A DNA stretch of 64,000 nucleotides from an uncultured Galactobacillus sp. (GCA_964385925.1 CAYLQV010000006.1:25919-89918), one strand, 5' to 3'. Counted from the first letter of the stretch, positions 10,154-23,597 are shown. The notes: a model not told the origin generated them from the sequence alone. Numbers and translations are program-made.

Positions 10154-10777
10154 ATGTCAGAAATAGAAATTGCATATTACGGTCACTCCTGCTTCAAGGT
10201 CTGCTATCGAGGAAACAGCATTCTCTTTGATCCATATGAAGATGATTCTGTTCCAGGACTGAAGCTGCCGGAAGGGATGACAGCTGATGCTGTTTACTGT
10301 TCCCATGATCACGCTGATCACAATGCTGAACACCTGATCCATACTTCAGGCATCAATCCATTTCCGCTGTTCAGAGCATCTGTTCCCCATGATGATCAAG
10401 GTGGGAGAATGCGCGGCTTCTGTGATATGACTTTCCTGAAAGTCGGAACGGTCACGGTAGTCCATATGGGTGATATAGGACGTGAACCAAATGAAGAAGA
10501 GTATGAAGCACTGCAGAGGGCAGATGTCTTGATGATCCCGGTCGGCGGATATTATACGATTGATTCGACAATGGCTTCGAAGATCATTGATCGAGTCGGG
10601 GCAAAGCTCAATATCCTGATGCATTTCCGGAAGGGTGCGTATGGATATGATGTACTGGATACCATTGACCATGTCAAAGAGAGTTTCCCTGATCTGAAGC
10701 AGATGCCGATGGAACGCATTGTCTTTGATGAGATGCATGTACCGGATGAAATCATCACGCTTGAACCAATCCAATAA
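10154..10777 (+). CDS. Metallo-beta-lactamase-fold hydrolase
   Basis: GHSCF, SHDHADH, HMGD, IPVGG, MH motifs. Confidence 0.9.
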   Translation: MSEIEIAYYGHSCFKVCYRGNSILFDPYEDDSVPGLKLPEGMTADAVYCSHDHADHNAEHLIHTSGINPFPLFRASVPHDDQGGRMRGFCDMTFLKVGTVTVVHMGDIGREPNEEEYEALQRADVLMIPVGGYYTIDSTMASKIIDRVGAKLNILMHFRKGAYGYDVLDTIDHVKESFPDLKQMPMERIVFDEMHVPDEIITLEPIQ

Positions 10778-10801
10778 AAAAGACGGAAATTTCCGTCTTT
10801 T
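10775..10801. terminator. Bidirectional terminator between MBL gene and rnj
   Basis: AAAAAGACGGAA-at-TTCCGTCTTTT between convergent genes. Confidence 0.8.
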
Positions 10802-10802
10802 C

Positions 10803-12644
10803 TTATGCTTTTTCTTCTGTCTTCTTTGGCGCTCTTGGCTTGCGGGCAGTACTGTGTGAAGCAGTCTTGGCCTTGATTTCTTCCATCGCTGCTTTCTGAT
10901 TCAGGATGACAGGAATCACAATTGGATTGCGGTTTGTTTTCTTGAACAAATATGGTTCCAAAGAAGTCTTGATGCAGTTCTTCAGTTCACCGAAGGTCGT
11001 TCTCTGCTGCATCTTTTTCTTTAATGCTTCATAAACGACCAATTCAGCTTCCTTGAGCAGTGTCTGCGAATCCTTGATATAGACAAAGCCGCGGGAAACA
11101 ATGCTTGGACGGCACAGGATCTTGTTGTAGCGTGAATCAATCGTAACAATAATAGCGACCAAGCCGTTCTCAGCTAAAATTTTACGGTCTTTGATGACTG
11201 AGGTGCTCAAGCCGGAGGCATCGTTGCCGTCGACGTAGATGGCATCTGTCTGGATGCGCTCATCCGCTTCAAATACTTCACCGTTCCTTAAGACAAGAAC
11301 ATCGCCGTTGGAGCAGATGAAGCAGTTCTCTTTCGGAACGCCTGTTTCCTGCGCTGTATGTGAATGCTGGACAAGCATCTTGTATTCACCATGGTTCGGC
11401 ATGAAATACTTCGGCTTGATCAGATTCAGCATCAGCTTCTGTTCCTCCACTGGTGCGTGACCGGTCGTATGGAAGGAAGTCAGTGGGGAATTGGTGACAA
11501 CATTGGCACCGACTCTGGTCAGCTGGTTGATGACACCGGAAACGGAAACGCCGTTGCCCGGAATTGGATTGGATGAGAACAATACCGTATCACCAGGAAT
11601 GATCTTGATGAAGCGGTGTGTGCCATTGGCAATTCTGCTCAGAGCTGCCATCGGTTCACCCTGTGAACCAGTGCAGATAATGCAGATGCGGTTGGCTGGC
11701 AGGGTATTCAGTTCATTGCCGGAGATAAAGGAGCTGTCTGGAATCTTAATGATTCCCAAGTTGCGCCCAATCTCAGCTACATTTTCCATGGATCTGCCGA
11801 AGACCGCAATCTTGCGGTTGCATGCAACTGCACATTCAAGGATCTGGGCAATTCGGTAGACATTGGATGCGAAGGTCGAGACTAATAATCTTCCCGGTGT
11901 TTTGCGCATCTGTTCCATGATAGCGGTAGCAACCATCTTTTCAGAGATGGAGGATCCAGGTACACCAGAGTTGGTGGAGTCACTCATTAACAGCGTGACG
12001 CCGACCTGTCCAATGTAAGCCATTTTCTGATAGTCAGAATTCTTGCCGATTGGCGTCAGATCGAACTTGAAGTCACCAGTCTCGACGATTCTGCCGTTCG
12101 GTGTATTGATCAGGATGCCTAAGGAATCAGGAATGGAGTGGACAGTATCGAAGAAGCCGATGCTGAAATACTTTGTCCGGATCCGGGAATCTGCATTGAT
12201 CTCAACAATCTTGCAGGAACGGGATAGTCTTCTTTCTTCCAGTTTCTTTTCAATCAGTGCCTTAGCAAATCTAGGCGCATAAATTTCTTTTAGATGGATT
12301 GACTGCAGGAAGAATGGGATACCGCCGATATGGTCTTCATGACCATGGGTGATGACCATTGCCTTGATCTTCTGCTGATTTTTTACCAAATAAGAATAAT
12401 CCGGAATGACGTAGTCGACACCGAGCAGATCATCTTCAGGGAATAGGACACCGCAGTCAATGATGATGATTTCATCATCATGTTCAATGCAGTACATATT
12501 CTTGCCAATCTCGCCTAATCCGCCTAAAGCATAGACAAGCGTATCCTTCTTATGATCAATCGCATGTTCGATTAAATCAGGCTCAGGAATGCGAGAATAG
12601 CGGACTGGACGGTTTGACCGTGTTCCGTTTGTTGTTTCTTCCAT
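10803..12644 (-). CDS. rnj: Ribonuclease J
   Basis: LGGLGEIGKNM, ITHGHEDHIGG, GDFKFD, MSDSTN, TGSQGEP, HGEY. Confidence 0.97.
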   Translation of the reverse strand: MEETTNGTRSNRPVRYSRIPEPDLIEHAIDHKKDTLVYALGGLGEIGKNMYCIEHDDEIIIIDCGVLFPEDDLLGVDYVIPDYSYLVKNQQKIKAMVITHGHEDHIGGIPFFLQSIHLKEIYAPRFAKALIEKKLEERRLSRSCKIVEINADSRIRTKYFSIGFFDTVHSIPDSLGILINTPNGRIVETGDFKFDLTPIGKNSDYQKMAYIGQVGVTLLMSDSTNSGVPGSSISEKMVATAIMEQMRKTPGRLLVSTFASNVYRIAQILECAVACNRKIAVFGRSMENVAEIGRNLGIIKIPDSSFISGNELNTLPANRICIICTGSQGEPMAALSRIANGTHRFIKIIPGDTVLFSSNPIPGNGVSVSGVINQLTRVGANVVTNSPLTSFHTTGHAPVEEQKLMLNLIKPKYFMPNHGEYKMLVQHSHTAQETGVPKENCFICSNGDVLVLRNGEVFEADERIQTDAIYVDGNDASGLSTSVIKDRKILAENGLVAIIVTIDSRYNKILCRPSIVSRGFVYIKDSQTLLKEAELVVYEALKKKMQQRTTFGELKNCIKTSLEPYLFKKTNRNPIVIPVILNQKAAMEEIKAKTASHSTARKPRAPKKTEEKA

Positions 12645-12740
12645 TATTATATTTACCTCGTTTCTTACAAAACATTTACTTCGTATTACTTATTTCTTAC
12701 ATATTATACCACATGAAAAAGAATTGGAACAAAAACGCAA

Positions 12741-13307
12741 TTAAATTACAAGTGCACCCGGCACTGGTTTTTCTGGATTCTTTGGATCGATATAGTCGTA
12801 GAAAAGAGTTCCTTTGAAATGATCCAGTTCATGCTGGAGGACAATTGCCAAATAACCTCTGGCACGGATCGTGATGTCTTTATTCTGGATGAGGTCAAAA
12901 GCCTTGATCGTGACACGGGCACTTCTGACAACATAGCCTTCATGTTCTTCAACGACAGAAAGGCAGCCTTCACCGCCGCCTAGATACGCTTTCTGCAGAG
13001 AAGAGGAAACAATCTTCGGATTGACCAGCATATATTCAAAATGCTCCGGCTGGTCATTCTTGTCATGGTCATCCACAATGACTGCTGTCAGCTGTTTCTT
13101 GACACCGACCTGAATTGCACTGATGCCGACTGCCGGGCGCAGGATGAGATCCTTTGCCTTCTCTTCATCGGTACTGTCTTTCACATATTGGAACAGGTCT
13201 CTTAAAAGCTGCTCATCTTCTTTGCTGAGCGGTAATGATACAGGTTCAGATTTTTCACGTATTAAAGGATTTGTATCCTTGATAATTGTTTCATTATTAA
13301 TCAACAT
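12741..13307 (-). CDS. def: Peptide deformylase
   Basis: GISAIQVG, EGCLSV, QHELDH motifs. Confidence 0.97.
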   Translation of the reverse strand: MLINNETIIKDTNPLIREKSEPVSLPLSKEDEQLLRDLFQYVKDSTDEEKAKDLILRPAVGISAIQVGVKKQLTAVIVDDHDKNDQPEHFEYMLVNPKIVSSSLQKAYLGGGEGCLSVVEEHEGYVVRSARVTIKAFDLIQNKDITIRARGYLAIVLQHELDHFKGTLFYDYIDPKNPEKPVPGALVI

Positions 13308-13325
13308 TCGTATTACCTCGGAATC

Positions 13326-13354
13326 ATTTTAGTGATAACAGCGTGAGATGTCAA
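13326..13354 (-). promoter_or_regulatory. Sigma-A promoter of def
   Basis: Minus strand TTGACA-N17-TAAAAT. Confidence 0.8.
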
Positions 13355-13410
13355 AGGAATCGCTTCAAAATTATGAAAAGGAGAGGATAATATGATAAAA
13401 TTTCTATGCT

Positions 13411-14631
13411 ATGATAACAGCCAATCAAAATATCAGTAAAAAGAAAAAGTCCATATTCAATATCAAAATGCCGCCGAAATTTGACGGCTGGATCTATACA
13501 GCGACCGTAATGCTTGTCTTTTACGGTGTCATCATGGTCACAAGTGCTTCAATGGGGCAGGCGGTTTCCAATCCTTCCTTCCTGGTCAAAACGATTGTGA
13601 AGGAACTTGTGTTCGTCCTGACGGGATATTTTGCCATGACCTTTCTTGCCCAGAAATTCACCCTGGGCTTTTTGAAGAGTGAACACTTCGGCTCTTTGAT
13701 CATCATTACCGTCGCAGCTCTTTTTGCCTGTCTTGCATTCCCAGCGACCGGTGGTGCACATGCATGGTGGAAGATCACGATTGCCGGCGTTGAAATTGGT
13801 GTACAGCCTTCTGAATTTGCTAAGATCACTTCAATCTTGACGGTAGCCGCTTACTTTGGTGACAATCATCGGACATACCGCAAAATCTTTAATCTGATCA
13901 AAGTACCAGTACTGAGCATCGGTGCATATGTGCTGATTGTCCTGCTTGTTCAGAAAGACTTTGGCTCAGCCATGGTCATTGCCCTGATCACTTTTATTAT
14001 TGTCATGATACCGACCAACCCGCAGCTGCGTACAACAAAGATTCTGGCAGGGGTCGTTATTGTGCTTCTGTTTGGCGGCATTATCCTGATTGTCTACACA
14101 AAATTCGGTGAAAATCTGATCAATGCACTGCCTGACGGCTATCAGAAGAACAGATTCCTTTCGGCTATCAATCCATTCGCAGATAAATATGATTCCGGCT
14201 ATCAGCTGGTCAATGGTCTGATTGCTTTTGCCAGCGGCGGCTGGTTTGGCAAGGGACTTGGCAACAGTGTCCGCAAATACACGGACTTTCCAGCCGCAAG
14301 TACTGACTCCATCCTTTCCATCATTGTTGAAGAACTTGGCTTTGTCGGCTTCTTGGTGATGATCATATTGTTCGGCATCATTATCTTCCGTCTTTTGAAA
14401 TATGCGCAGAAGATCAAGACAGAAAAGGCAAAGATCATTCTGGTCGGTGTGGCAATGTACTTCATGATCCATATCTTCTTCAACATCGGCGGTGTTACCG
14501 TATCGCTTCCTTTAACTGGCATTCCGCTGCTTCTGATCTCATCAGGCGGATCTTCAACAATCAGTGCAATGATGGCGCTTGGCATCAGTCAGGCAGTTAT
14601 ATCTGCTTATAAGCGGGGGTATATCCAGTGA
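13411..14631 (+). CDS. ftsW: SEDS family (FtsW/RodA/SpoVE) peptidoglycan polymerase
   Basis: Multi-TM protein; GAHAWW, VQPSEFAK, QKDFGS, GYQLVNGLIAFASGG, TDSILSII, GIPLLLIS; start codon uncertain. Confidence 0.85.
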   Translation: MITANQNISKKKKSIFNIKMPPKFDGWIYTATVMLVFYGVIMVTSASMGQAVSNPSFLVKTIVKELVFVLTGYFAMTFLAQKFTLGFLKSEHFGSLIIITVAALFACLAFPATGGAHAWWKITIAGVEIGVQPSEFAKITSILTVAAYFGDNHRTYRKIFNLIKVPVLSIGAYVLIVLLVQKDFGSAMVIALITFIIVMIPTNPQLRTTKILAGVVIVLLFGGIILIVYTKFGENLINALPDGYQKNRFLSAINPFADKYDSGYQLVNGLIAFASGGWFGKGLGNSVRKYTDFPAASTDSILSIIVEELGFVGFLVMIILFGIIIFRLLKYAQKIKTEKAKIILVGVAMYFMIHIFFNIGGVTVSLPLTGIPLLLISSGGSSTISAMMALGISQAVISAYKRGYIQ

Positions 14632-15182
14632 GGATTGTAGCTGGTAAATATCGGTCCCGCCGGATTGAAACAAGATCATCAAATGAAACACGGCCGACGC
14701 TGGACAAAGTCAGGGAAGCAGTCTTCTCCGCATTAGGCGGCAGCTTTGATGGCGGTGCCTTCCTTGATCTGTATGCCGGCAGCGGTGCCAATGGATTGGA
14801 AGCACTGTCACGCGGCATGGAACATGCAGTCTTTGTGGATCTTGCCAAAGATGCGGTGCAGATGATCAAAAAGAATATTGCGGCGCTTGGCTGCGAAAAT
14901 GAGACAGATGTATACTGCATGAAAGATACCCGGGCTCTGGAACTGCTGTCACAGCAGAAGAAAAAGTTCAAGGCAGTCTATCTGGACCCGCCGTATGCCA
15001 AGCAGCATAATCCGGAGATCCTCCGCTATATTGATGAACATGAAATGATGGATGCAGGCGGTGTCCTGGTCATTGAATCTGACCGGAATGACCGCTTTAC
15101 AGAAAATTATACGCATTTGAAATATCTGTTTGACAAAGAGTACGGCATCACACGCATTACTTACTATAGATACGAGGCATAG
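14628..15182 (+). CDS. rsmD: 16S rRNA m2G966 methyltransferase
   Basis: MRIVAG, RPTLDKVREAVF, LDLYAGSG, LDPPY. Confidence 0.95.
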   Translation: MRIVAGKYRSRRIETRSSNETRPTLDKVREAVFSALGGSFDGGAFLDLYAGSGANGLEALSRGMEHAVFVDLAKDAVQMIKKNIAALGCENETDVYCMKDTRALELLSQQKKKFKAVYLDPPYAKQHNPEILRYIDEHEMMDAGGVLVIESDRNDRFTENYTHLKYLFDKEYGITRITYYRYEA

Positions 15183-15185
15183 AGT

Positions 15186-15680
15186 ATGAAAGCTTGTTAT
15201 CCTGGAACGTTTGATCCGATTACCAATGGACATCTGGATATTATTGAGCGGGCTTCTAAGATGTTTGAGGAGCTGGATGTCTTTATTATGGTCAATCCGC
15301 GCAAGATCTGTGTCTTCTCCGCGGAAGAAAGAAAAGAGATGATTGAGGATTCGCTTGTCAGCATCGATTCACCAGCCAATGTTAAAGTCTTCATCGGCAG
15401 CGGCCTGACTGTTGATATGGCAAGACTGCATGGCTGCGGAGCGATGATCCGCGGTATCCGTGCTGTATCAGATTATGAATATGAGCTGCAGCAGGCAACA
15501 GCCAACATGATGCTCGGTCATGACATTGAGACAATCTTCCTGATTGCTAAGCCGCAGTATTCCTTCCTTTCTTCTTCGGTCGTAAAGGAAATTGCAATGT
15601 ACCGCGGGGATATTCTGAATCTTGTCCCGGTGCAGATCATTGATCAGGTCAATGCGAAGCTCAATGACGAGGACAAATGA
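15186..15680 (+). CDS. coaD: Pantetheine-phosphate adenylyltransferase
   Basis: YPGTFDPITNGH, RGIR, DYEYE, SSSVVKE. Confidence 0.97.
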   Translation: MKACYPGTFDPITNGHLDIIERASKMFEELDVFIMVNPRKICVFSAEERKEMIEDSLVSIDSPANVKVFIGSGLTVDMARLHGCGAMIRGIRAVSDYEYELQQATANMMLGHDIETIFLIAKPQYSFLSSSVVKEIAMYRGDILNLVPVQIIDQVNAKLNDEDK

Positions 15681-16174
15681 TCAGCCTTGCATACTATGAT
15701 TCACCTTTGGGAAGAATCACGATAGCAGCCAAAGAAGAAAAGATCTGCGGCGCATGGTTTGAAGGCCAGAAGTACTTTCTTTCCTCTCTGAAGCAGCAGC
15801 AGACGCAGGATCAACTGACGCCGGTGCTGGAACAGGCACAGGGCTGGCTGGATCATTACTTCTTAGGCGAGGATATCGAAATGGATCTGCCGCTGCTGGC
15901 AGAAGGCACTTCATTTCAGAAAACTGTCTGGGATGTCCTGCAGACGATCCCGTACGGGAGCACCATGACCTATGGTGAAGTCAGCAGGGAGGTCAGCCGT
16001 CTTCTGGGCAGAGATAAGATGTCAGCACAGGCGGTCGGACAGGCAGTCGGGCATAATCCCATCTCCATCCTGATCCCATGTCATAGAGTGCTAGGAAAGA
16101 GCGGCAGTTTGATCGGATATGCCGGCGGTATCGGACGGAAAAAATCACTCCTGGAAATGGAAGGCTCTATATAA
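15677..16174 (+). CDS. ogt: Methylated-DNA-protein-cysteine methyltransferase
   Basis: YYDSPLG, IPYG..TYG, AVGQAVGHNP, IPCHRV active site. Confidence 0.95.
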   Translation: MISLAYYDSPLGRITIAAKEEKICGAWFEGQKYFLSSLKQQQTQDQLTPVLEQAQGWLDHYFLGEDIEMDLPLLAEGTSFQKTVWDVLQTIPYGSTMTYGEVSREVSRLLGRDKMSAQAVGQAVGHNPISILIPCHRVLGKSGSLIGYAGGIGRKKSLLEMEGSI

Positions 16175-16181
16175 GGAAAAC

Positions 16182-16203
16182 AGACCAGAAATGGTCTTTT
16201 TTT
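16182..16203 (+). terminator. Probable terminator after ogt
   Basis: AGACC-agaaat-GGTCT followed by T run. Confidence 0.55.
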
Positions 16204-16219
16204 GACTTTCTGAAACAAA

Positions 16220-16246
16220 TTAGCACTGAAATCTTGACAGTGCTAA
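16220..16246. promoter_or_regulatory. CIRCE element 1 (HrcA operator)
   Basis: TTAGCACTG-N9-CAGTGCTAA perfect inverted repeat upstream of hrcA, overlapping -35. Confidence 0.92.
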
Positions 16247-16262
16247 AACAGGGATGTAAGAT
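16234..16262 (+). promoter_or_regulatory. Sigma-A promoter of hrcA operon
   Basis: TTGACA-N17-TAAGAT. Confidence 0.8.
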
Positions 16263-16263
16263 A

Positions 16264-16290
16264 CTAGCAGACATCAGAGAAGAGTGCTAA
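16264..16290. promoter_or_regulatory. CIRCE element 2 (degenerate left arm)
   Basis: CTAGCAGAC-N9-GAGTGCTAA just before the AGGAGG RBS. Confidence 0.7.
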
Positions 16291-16307
16291 AGGAGGCGGT
16301 AAACAAG

Positions 16308-17329
16308 ATGCTGACGCCAAGACGAATTGAAATCTTCAAGGCAATTGTCGATGAATATATCAAGACAGCGGAACCGGTTGGTTCAAAAGCCCTGCAGCAG
16401 CAGTATCATCTGCCGTACTCCAGTGCAACGATCCGAAATGACATGCAGGAACTGGAAGAAATGGGTTATCTCGAGAAAACACATACTTCTTCCGGCAGAG
16501 TGCCTAGCACAGCAGGATATAAGTTCTACTGTGAGAATCTGCTCGATGATGCGCATATCGATCAGAAGATGGAAATTGCAATCAGAGAAGCCTTTGATGC
16601 CCAGAATTTGAACGTTGAGGAAGCGGTCAGACACAGCTGTGAAATCTTATCAGAGATGACAAACATGACCACAGGCGCAGTTGGACCGGATGCTTCTGAA
16701 CAAAGGCTGGAACACATCAAGCTGTTCCCGCTGGATGACAAAAATGCCATCTGTGTCTTTATTACCAACAGCGGTCATACAGAAACGAAGAATTTCCATT
16801 TTGATGAAGCAGTATCCGTTCAGGATATTGAGAGCTGCACGGATATCCTGAACGAGAAACTGAAGAACGTCAGGATTGATCAGCTGGTCGACCGAATGGA
16901 AACACTGAAGCCTGAATTGAGTGCTGTCGTTGAAAGACACGATCTTCTGTTTGCGGCATTTGTTAAAGCATTTATCAAGTTTGCCAGTGAGAATGTTTAT
17001 TTCTCCGGCAAAGACAAGATGCTCTATCAGCCGGAATTTGAAGATATTAACAAGCTGAAGAAACTGATGACGATGTTAGATGATTCCACTGTCTGGAAGA
17101 ATATGTCCAGCGATGCAAATGCAGTCGCGGTCACTACGAAAGGCGCGGAATTAACATGGATCAATGATCTGGCAGTCGTTCGTTCAAAGTTCCATGTGAA
17201 TGATGAAGAAACTGGTGAATTCATGGTCGTCGGACCTAGCCGTATGAATTACGACAAGATTGTGGCGATGGTAGAATACGCTGCCAAGATGATTGAGAAA
17301 ATGTACAACGAAGGAGGCGGTGACAAATA

Positions 17330-17330
<1 letters not shown>
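16308..17330 (+). CDS. hrcA: Heat-inducible transcription repressor
   Basis: MLTPRRIEIFKAIVDEYI..AEPVGSK, SSATIRNDM, HTSSGRVPS, GPSRMNY; RBS AGGAGG before ATG 16308. Confidence 0.97.
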
Positions 17331-19772
<2,442 letters not shown>

Positions 19773-19784
19773 GAAAATGTTTTC

Positions 19785-19819
19785 AGAATGCGGGGACAGT
19801 GTTTCCGCATTCTATGTTT
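19785..19819 (+). terminator. Stem-loop/terminator between dnaK and dnaJ
   Basis: AGAATGCGG-GGACAGTGTTT-CCGCATTCT then atgttt. Confidence 0.65.
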
Positions 19820-19839
19820 AACGGAAGGCAGGGAATAAG

Positions 19840-21000
19840 ATGGCCGATAAGAGAGATTACTATGAAGTCCTGGGTGTATCCAAAGGAGCCAGTGATGACG
19901 AAATCAAGCGTGCATACCGCAGGCTTGCCAAGAAGTATCATCCTGATCTAAATAAAGAACCAGGTGCGGCAGAAAAATTTAAAGAGATCAATGAGGCAAA
20001 TGAAGTCCTATCTGATCCACAGAAACGTCAGAAATATGATCAGTTCGGGTTTGCCGGAGTTGATCCTAGTGCAGCTGGAGCTGGCGGATTTGGTGATATG
20101 GGCGGCTTCTCAAGTGCCGGCTTCGATGACTTAGGAGATATTTTCTCTTCTTTCTTCGGCGGTTCCATGGGCGGCATGGGCGGTATGGGCGGCCGTCAGT
20201 CTAGACGGGACAACAGTCCGCGCCGCGGCCAGGACAAATACATGCGGATGAATGTGTCATTCATGGATGCATGTTTTGGCAAGACTGAGACCATCAATAT
20301 CAGTGTAGATGAACAATGCGAACACTGTCACGGTTCAGGTGCAGAGTCACCAAGCGATATTGAGACATGTCCTACCTGCCATGGCTCCGGTGTGGTAATC
20401 ACTCAGCAGAGATCTGTCTTCGGTGTGATCCAGCAGCAGTCAGTATGTCCAACCTGCAGCGGCACAGGCAAGAAGGTCAAGAAAGCCTGCCATGTATGCG
20501 GCGGCGCAGGATATCTTCATAAGAGAGTCTCTGTTGATGTCAAGATTCCAGCTGGAATTGCGACTGGCCAGCAGCTCAGAGTTGCCGGCAAAGGTGAACG
20601 CGGTGCCAACGGTGGACCTAACGGTGACTTGTTCATTGAAATCAATGTCCTTGCACATGACCAGTTTGAACGTGTCGGCAAGGATATTGAACTAGAAATT
20701 CCAGTTTCTGCAGTTGACGCAACACTTGGCTGCAGTGTAGATGTACCGACCATTCATGGTGATGTAACGATGAAGATTCCAGCCGGTACGCAGGATGGTG
20801 CACGTCTGCGTCTGAAAGGACAGGGCGTTGCGGATATCCGCGGCGGCAAGCAGGGCGATCAGATCTGCACAGTCCGTATCAAAGTTGACAGCAGTCTGAC
20901 CAAACAGGAAAAGGAGCTTTATCAGAAGCTCCAGGAAATCCAGAACAGCGGCCAGGGAGATACGGTCTGGCAGAAGTTCAAAAACAGCTTTAAGAATTAA
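19840..21000 (+). CDS. dnaJ: Chaperone DnaJ
   Basis: J domain with HPD, G/F-rich region, four CxxCxGxG repeats. Confidence 0.98.
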   Translation: MADKRDYYEVLGVSKGASDDEIKRAYRRLAKKYHPDLNKEPGAAEKFKEINEANEVLSDPQKRQKYDQFGFAGVDPSAAGAGGFGDMGGFSSAGFDDLGDIFSSFFGGSMGGMGGMGGRQSRRDNSPRRGQDKYMRMNVSFMDACFGKTETINISVDEQCEHCHGSGAESPSDIETCPTCHGSGVVITQQRSVFGVIQQQSVCPTCSGTGKKVKKACHVCGGAGYLHKRVSVDVKIPAGIATGQQLRVAGKGERGANGGPNGDLFIEINVLAHDQFERVGKDIELEIPVSAVDATLGCSVDVPTIHGDVTMKIPAGTQDGARLRLKGQGVADIRGGKQGDQICTVRIKVDSSLTKQEKELYQKLQEIQNSGQGDTVWQKFKNSFKN

Positions 21001-21042
21001 GTCATACACGACTTCAGAGGGAGAACTGAAGGAGGTAGCAGT

Positions 21043-23592
21043 ATGAATCCTGATATTATGACGGAGGCACTGCAGCAGATCATTGCATCTGCAGTGACAA
21101 AAGCACAGCAGAACCACAACAGCGAGTTTGCACCGGAACATCTTTTAGATGCAATTCTGGAAGATGATGGTGTGGATGGCATCTGGGAACGGCTCGGTGT
21201 GCAGAAGAGTGAATTATTAACGATGGTGGAGAAGGCATTGTCAGAACTTGCCAGTGTCTCAGGAAACAGTGAACCTGCCCCAAGCAGGTACATTTCCAAC
21301 GCCTATCAGAATGCCCTTGACTACATGAAGAAAAAGGGCGATAAGTATATGTCTGTCGCAGCTTTGTTAATTGGTCTGTTCGAGACCGATGCACCAATCA
21401 TTCGTGCATGTAAAGAACAGTTCCACATCGATGCAAGATCAATGATCAAGGCGGAAGAGGACAGAAGAGGAGGTATGAAGATGGATGATCAGAATAATGA
21501 AGCCCAGCTTGATGCCTTAAAGAAATACGGACATGATCTGGTACAGGAAGTCAAAGATGGAAAGATTGATCCAGTCATCGGCAGAGATGATGAGATCAGA
21601 AGAGTCATTGAGATCCTTTCCCGCAAGACGAAGAATAATCCTGTTCTGATCGGTGAGCCGGGTGTCGGCAAGACAGCAATCGTGGAAGGACTTGCATGGC
21701 GTATCATGCGCGGCGATGTCCCATTAGGCTTAAAAGACAAGCGTGTCATTGAGCTTGATATCGGTGCTTTGATTGCCGGTGCAAAATACAGAGGTGAATT
21801 CGAAGAGAGACTGAAGGGTGTCCTGAAATCTGTCCAGAAGGCAGATGGCAACATCATTCTCTTTATCGATGAGATCCATAACTTAGTCGGTGCCGGCAAG
21901 ACAGAGGGCAGCATGGATGCGGCCAATCTGCTGAAGCCGATGCTGGCGCGCGGAGAACTGAAGTGCATTGGTGCAACTACGTTCGATGAATACCGCAAAT
22001 ATATCGAAAAAGATAAAGCATTAGAGAGAAGATTCCAGAAGATCCAGGTATCAGAACCATCTGTCGAAGATACTATTGCCATCTTAAGAGGTCTGAAGGA
22101 CAGATTTGAGTCCTTCCATGGCGTCCAGATAAAGGATGAAGCATTGATCGCGGCAGCGACGTTATCCGACCGCTACATTACCGACCGTTTCCTGCCGGAT
22201 AAGGCCATTGACCTCGTTGATGAGGCATGTGCATGCATTCGTACGGAAATGGATTCTATGCCGACCGAACTGGATGAGCTCAACCGTAAGATCATGACCC
22301 TGCAGATTGAACAGACTTCTTTAAAAGGTGAGAAGGATGACAAGGCAAAGGGCAGACTTGCAGAGATTGAAAAAGAACTGGCAACTTTGACAGAACAGAA
22401 AGAGTCAAAGATGTCTCAGTGGAATTCAGAAAAGAAACAGATGGATTCTGTCAAGGAAGCCAAGGAGAAGCTGGAAAGAGCGAAGCTTGATCTGGAACAG
22501 GCACAGAATCAGGCAGATTATGAAAAGGCTGCCAAGCTGCAGTATGGTACGATTCCTGCTCTGCAGAAGCAGATTGAAGATGCAGATAAGAATCAGTCTC
22601 ATATGATCCAGCAGGTCGTTGACCAGGACATGATTGCCAAAATCGTATCCCGCTGGACGCATATTGAGGTGAGCAGACTGCAGAGCACAGAGCGTCAGAA
22701 GATCCTGCACCTGCCGGAAGTTCTGGCACAGCGTGTCATGGGACAGGATGAAGCATTAAAGTTAGTGACCGATGCCATCATGCGCTCCAAAGCTAATATC
22801 CAGGATGAGAACAGACCGCTGGGCTCCTTCTTGTTCTTGGGTCCGACTGGTGTCGGCAAGACGGAAGTTGCCAAGGCCCTTGCACAGCAGTTATTTGATG
22901 ATGAATCCAAGATCGTACGGATTGATATGTCTGAATACATGGAAAAATTCAGTGTCTCCAGACTGATTGGTGCCCCTCCAGGATATGTCGGATATGAAGA
23001 AGGCGGTCAGCTGACCGAAGCGGTCAGAAGGAATCCGTACAGTATTGTACTTCTGGATGAAATTGAAAAAGCACATCCAGACGTCTTCAACATTCTGCTG
23101 CAGATCCTGGATGACGGACGGATCACAGATTCCAAGGGTGTTCTTGTAGATTTCAAGAACACTATCATCATCATGACCAGCAACCTCGGTTCACAATATG
23201 CCTTTGATGAAGATCCTGAAACTCGTGCAAAGCACTATGAGGAAGAGGTTCACCGCTTCTTCAAGCCGGAGCTGATCAACCGAATTGATGAAATCATCGT
23301 CTTCAATGCCTTAGGCAAGGAAGTACAGATGAAGATTGCGGATAAGTTCCTGAATCTTTTGAAGGCAAGATTAGCTGAAAAAGACATCACTCTGGAAGTC
23401 ACGGAGAAGGCAAAGGACAGAATCATTGAATGCGGTGTGGATCCGCAGTTCGGTGCCCGTCCAATGCGCCGTCACATCCAGCGTGAAATTGAAACAGAAG
23501 TCGCAAAAGTCATTCTGGAAACACCTGACATTGCCGGCAAGACAATTCAAGTGGATGCGGATGATGAGAAATATCTCGTATCTGTAAAGTAA
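21043..23592 (+). CDS. clpB: Disaggregase ClpB
   Basis: Two AAA+ modules ([16 protein letters not shown]), middle coiled-coil domain, [20 protein letters not shown]. Confidence 0.97.
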   Translation: MNPDIMTEALQQIIASAVTKAQQNHNSEFAPEHLLDAILEDDGVDGIWERLGVQKSELLTMVEKALSELASVSGNSEPAPSRYISNAYQNALDYMKKKGDKYMSVAALLIGLFETDAPIIRACKEQFHIDARSMIKAEEDRRGGMKMDDQNNEAQLDALKKYGHDLVQEVKDGKIDPVIGRDDEIRRVIEILSRKTKNNPVLIGEPGVGKTAIVEGLAWRIMRGDVPLGLKDKRVIELDIGALIAGAKYRGEFEERLKGVLKSVQKADGNIILFIDEIHNLVGAGKTEGSMDAANLLKPMLARGELKCIGATTFDEYRKYIEKDKALERRFQKIQVSEPSVEDTIAILRGLKDRFESFHGVQIKDEALIAAATLSDRYITDRFLPDKAIDLVDEACACIRTEMDSMPTELDELNRKIMTLQIEQTSLKGEKDDKAKGRLAEIEKELATLTEQKESKMSQWNSEKKQMDSVKEAKEKLERAKLDLEQAQNQADYEKAAKLQYGTIPALQKQIEDADKNQSHMIQQVVDQDMIAKIVSRWTHIEVSRLQSTERQKILHLPEVLAQRVMGQDEALKLVTDAIMRSKANIQDENRPLGSFLFLGPTGVGKTEVAKALAQQLFDDESKIVRIDMSEYMEKFSVSRLIGAPPGYVGYEEGGQLTEAVRRNPYSIVLLDEIEKAHPDVFNILLQILDDGRITDSKGVLVDFKNTIIIMTSNLGSQYAFDEDPETRAKHYEEEVHRFFKPELINRIDEIIVFNALGKEVQMKIADKFLNLLKARLAEKDITLEVTEKAKDRIIECGVDPQFGARPMRRHIQREIETEVAKVILETPDIAGKTIQVDADDEKYLVSVK

Positions 23593-23597
23593 ACAGA

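Noticed and set aside
20100-20200. GGC ATG GGC GGC repeats in dnaJ
   Set aside because: Encode the normal G/F-rich linker
21489-22082. 197-aa antisense ORF inside clpB, and similar ORFs in dnaK, dnaJ and pepF
   Set aside because: Long antisense frames are a known artefact of conserved chaperone and other highly biased genes
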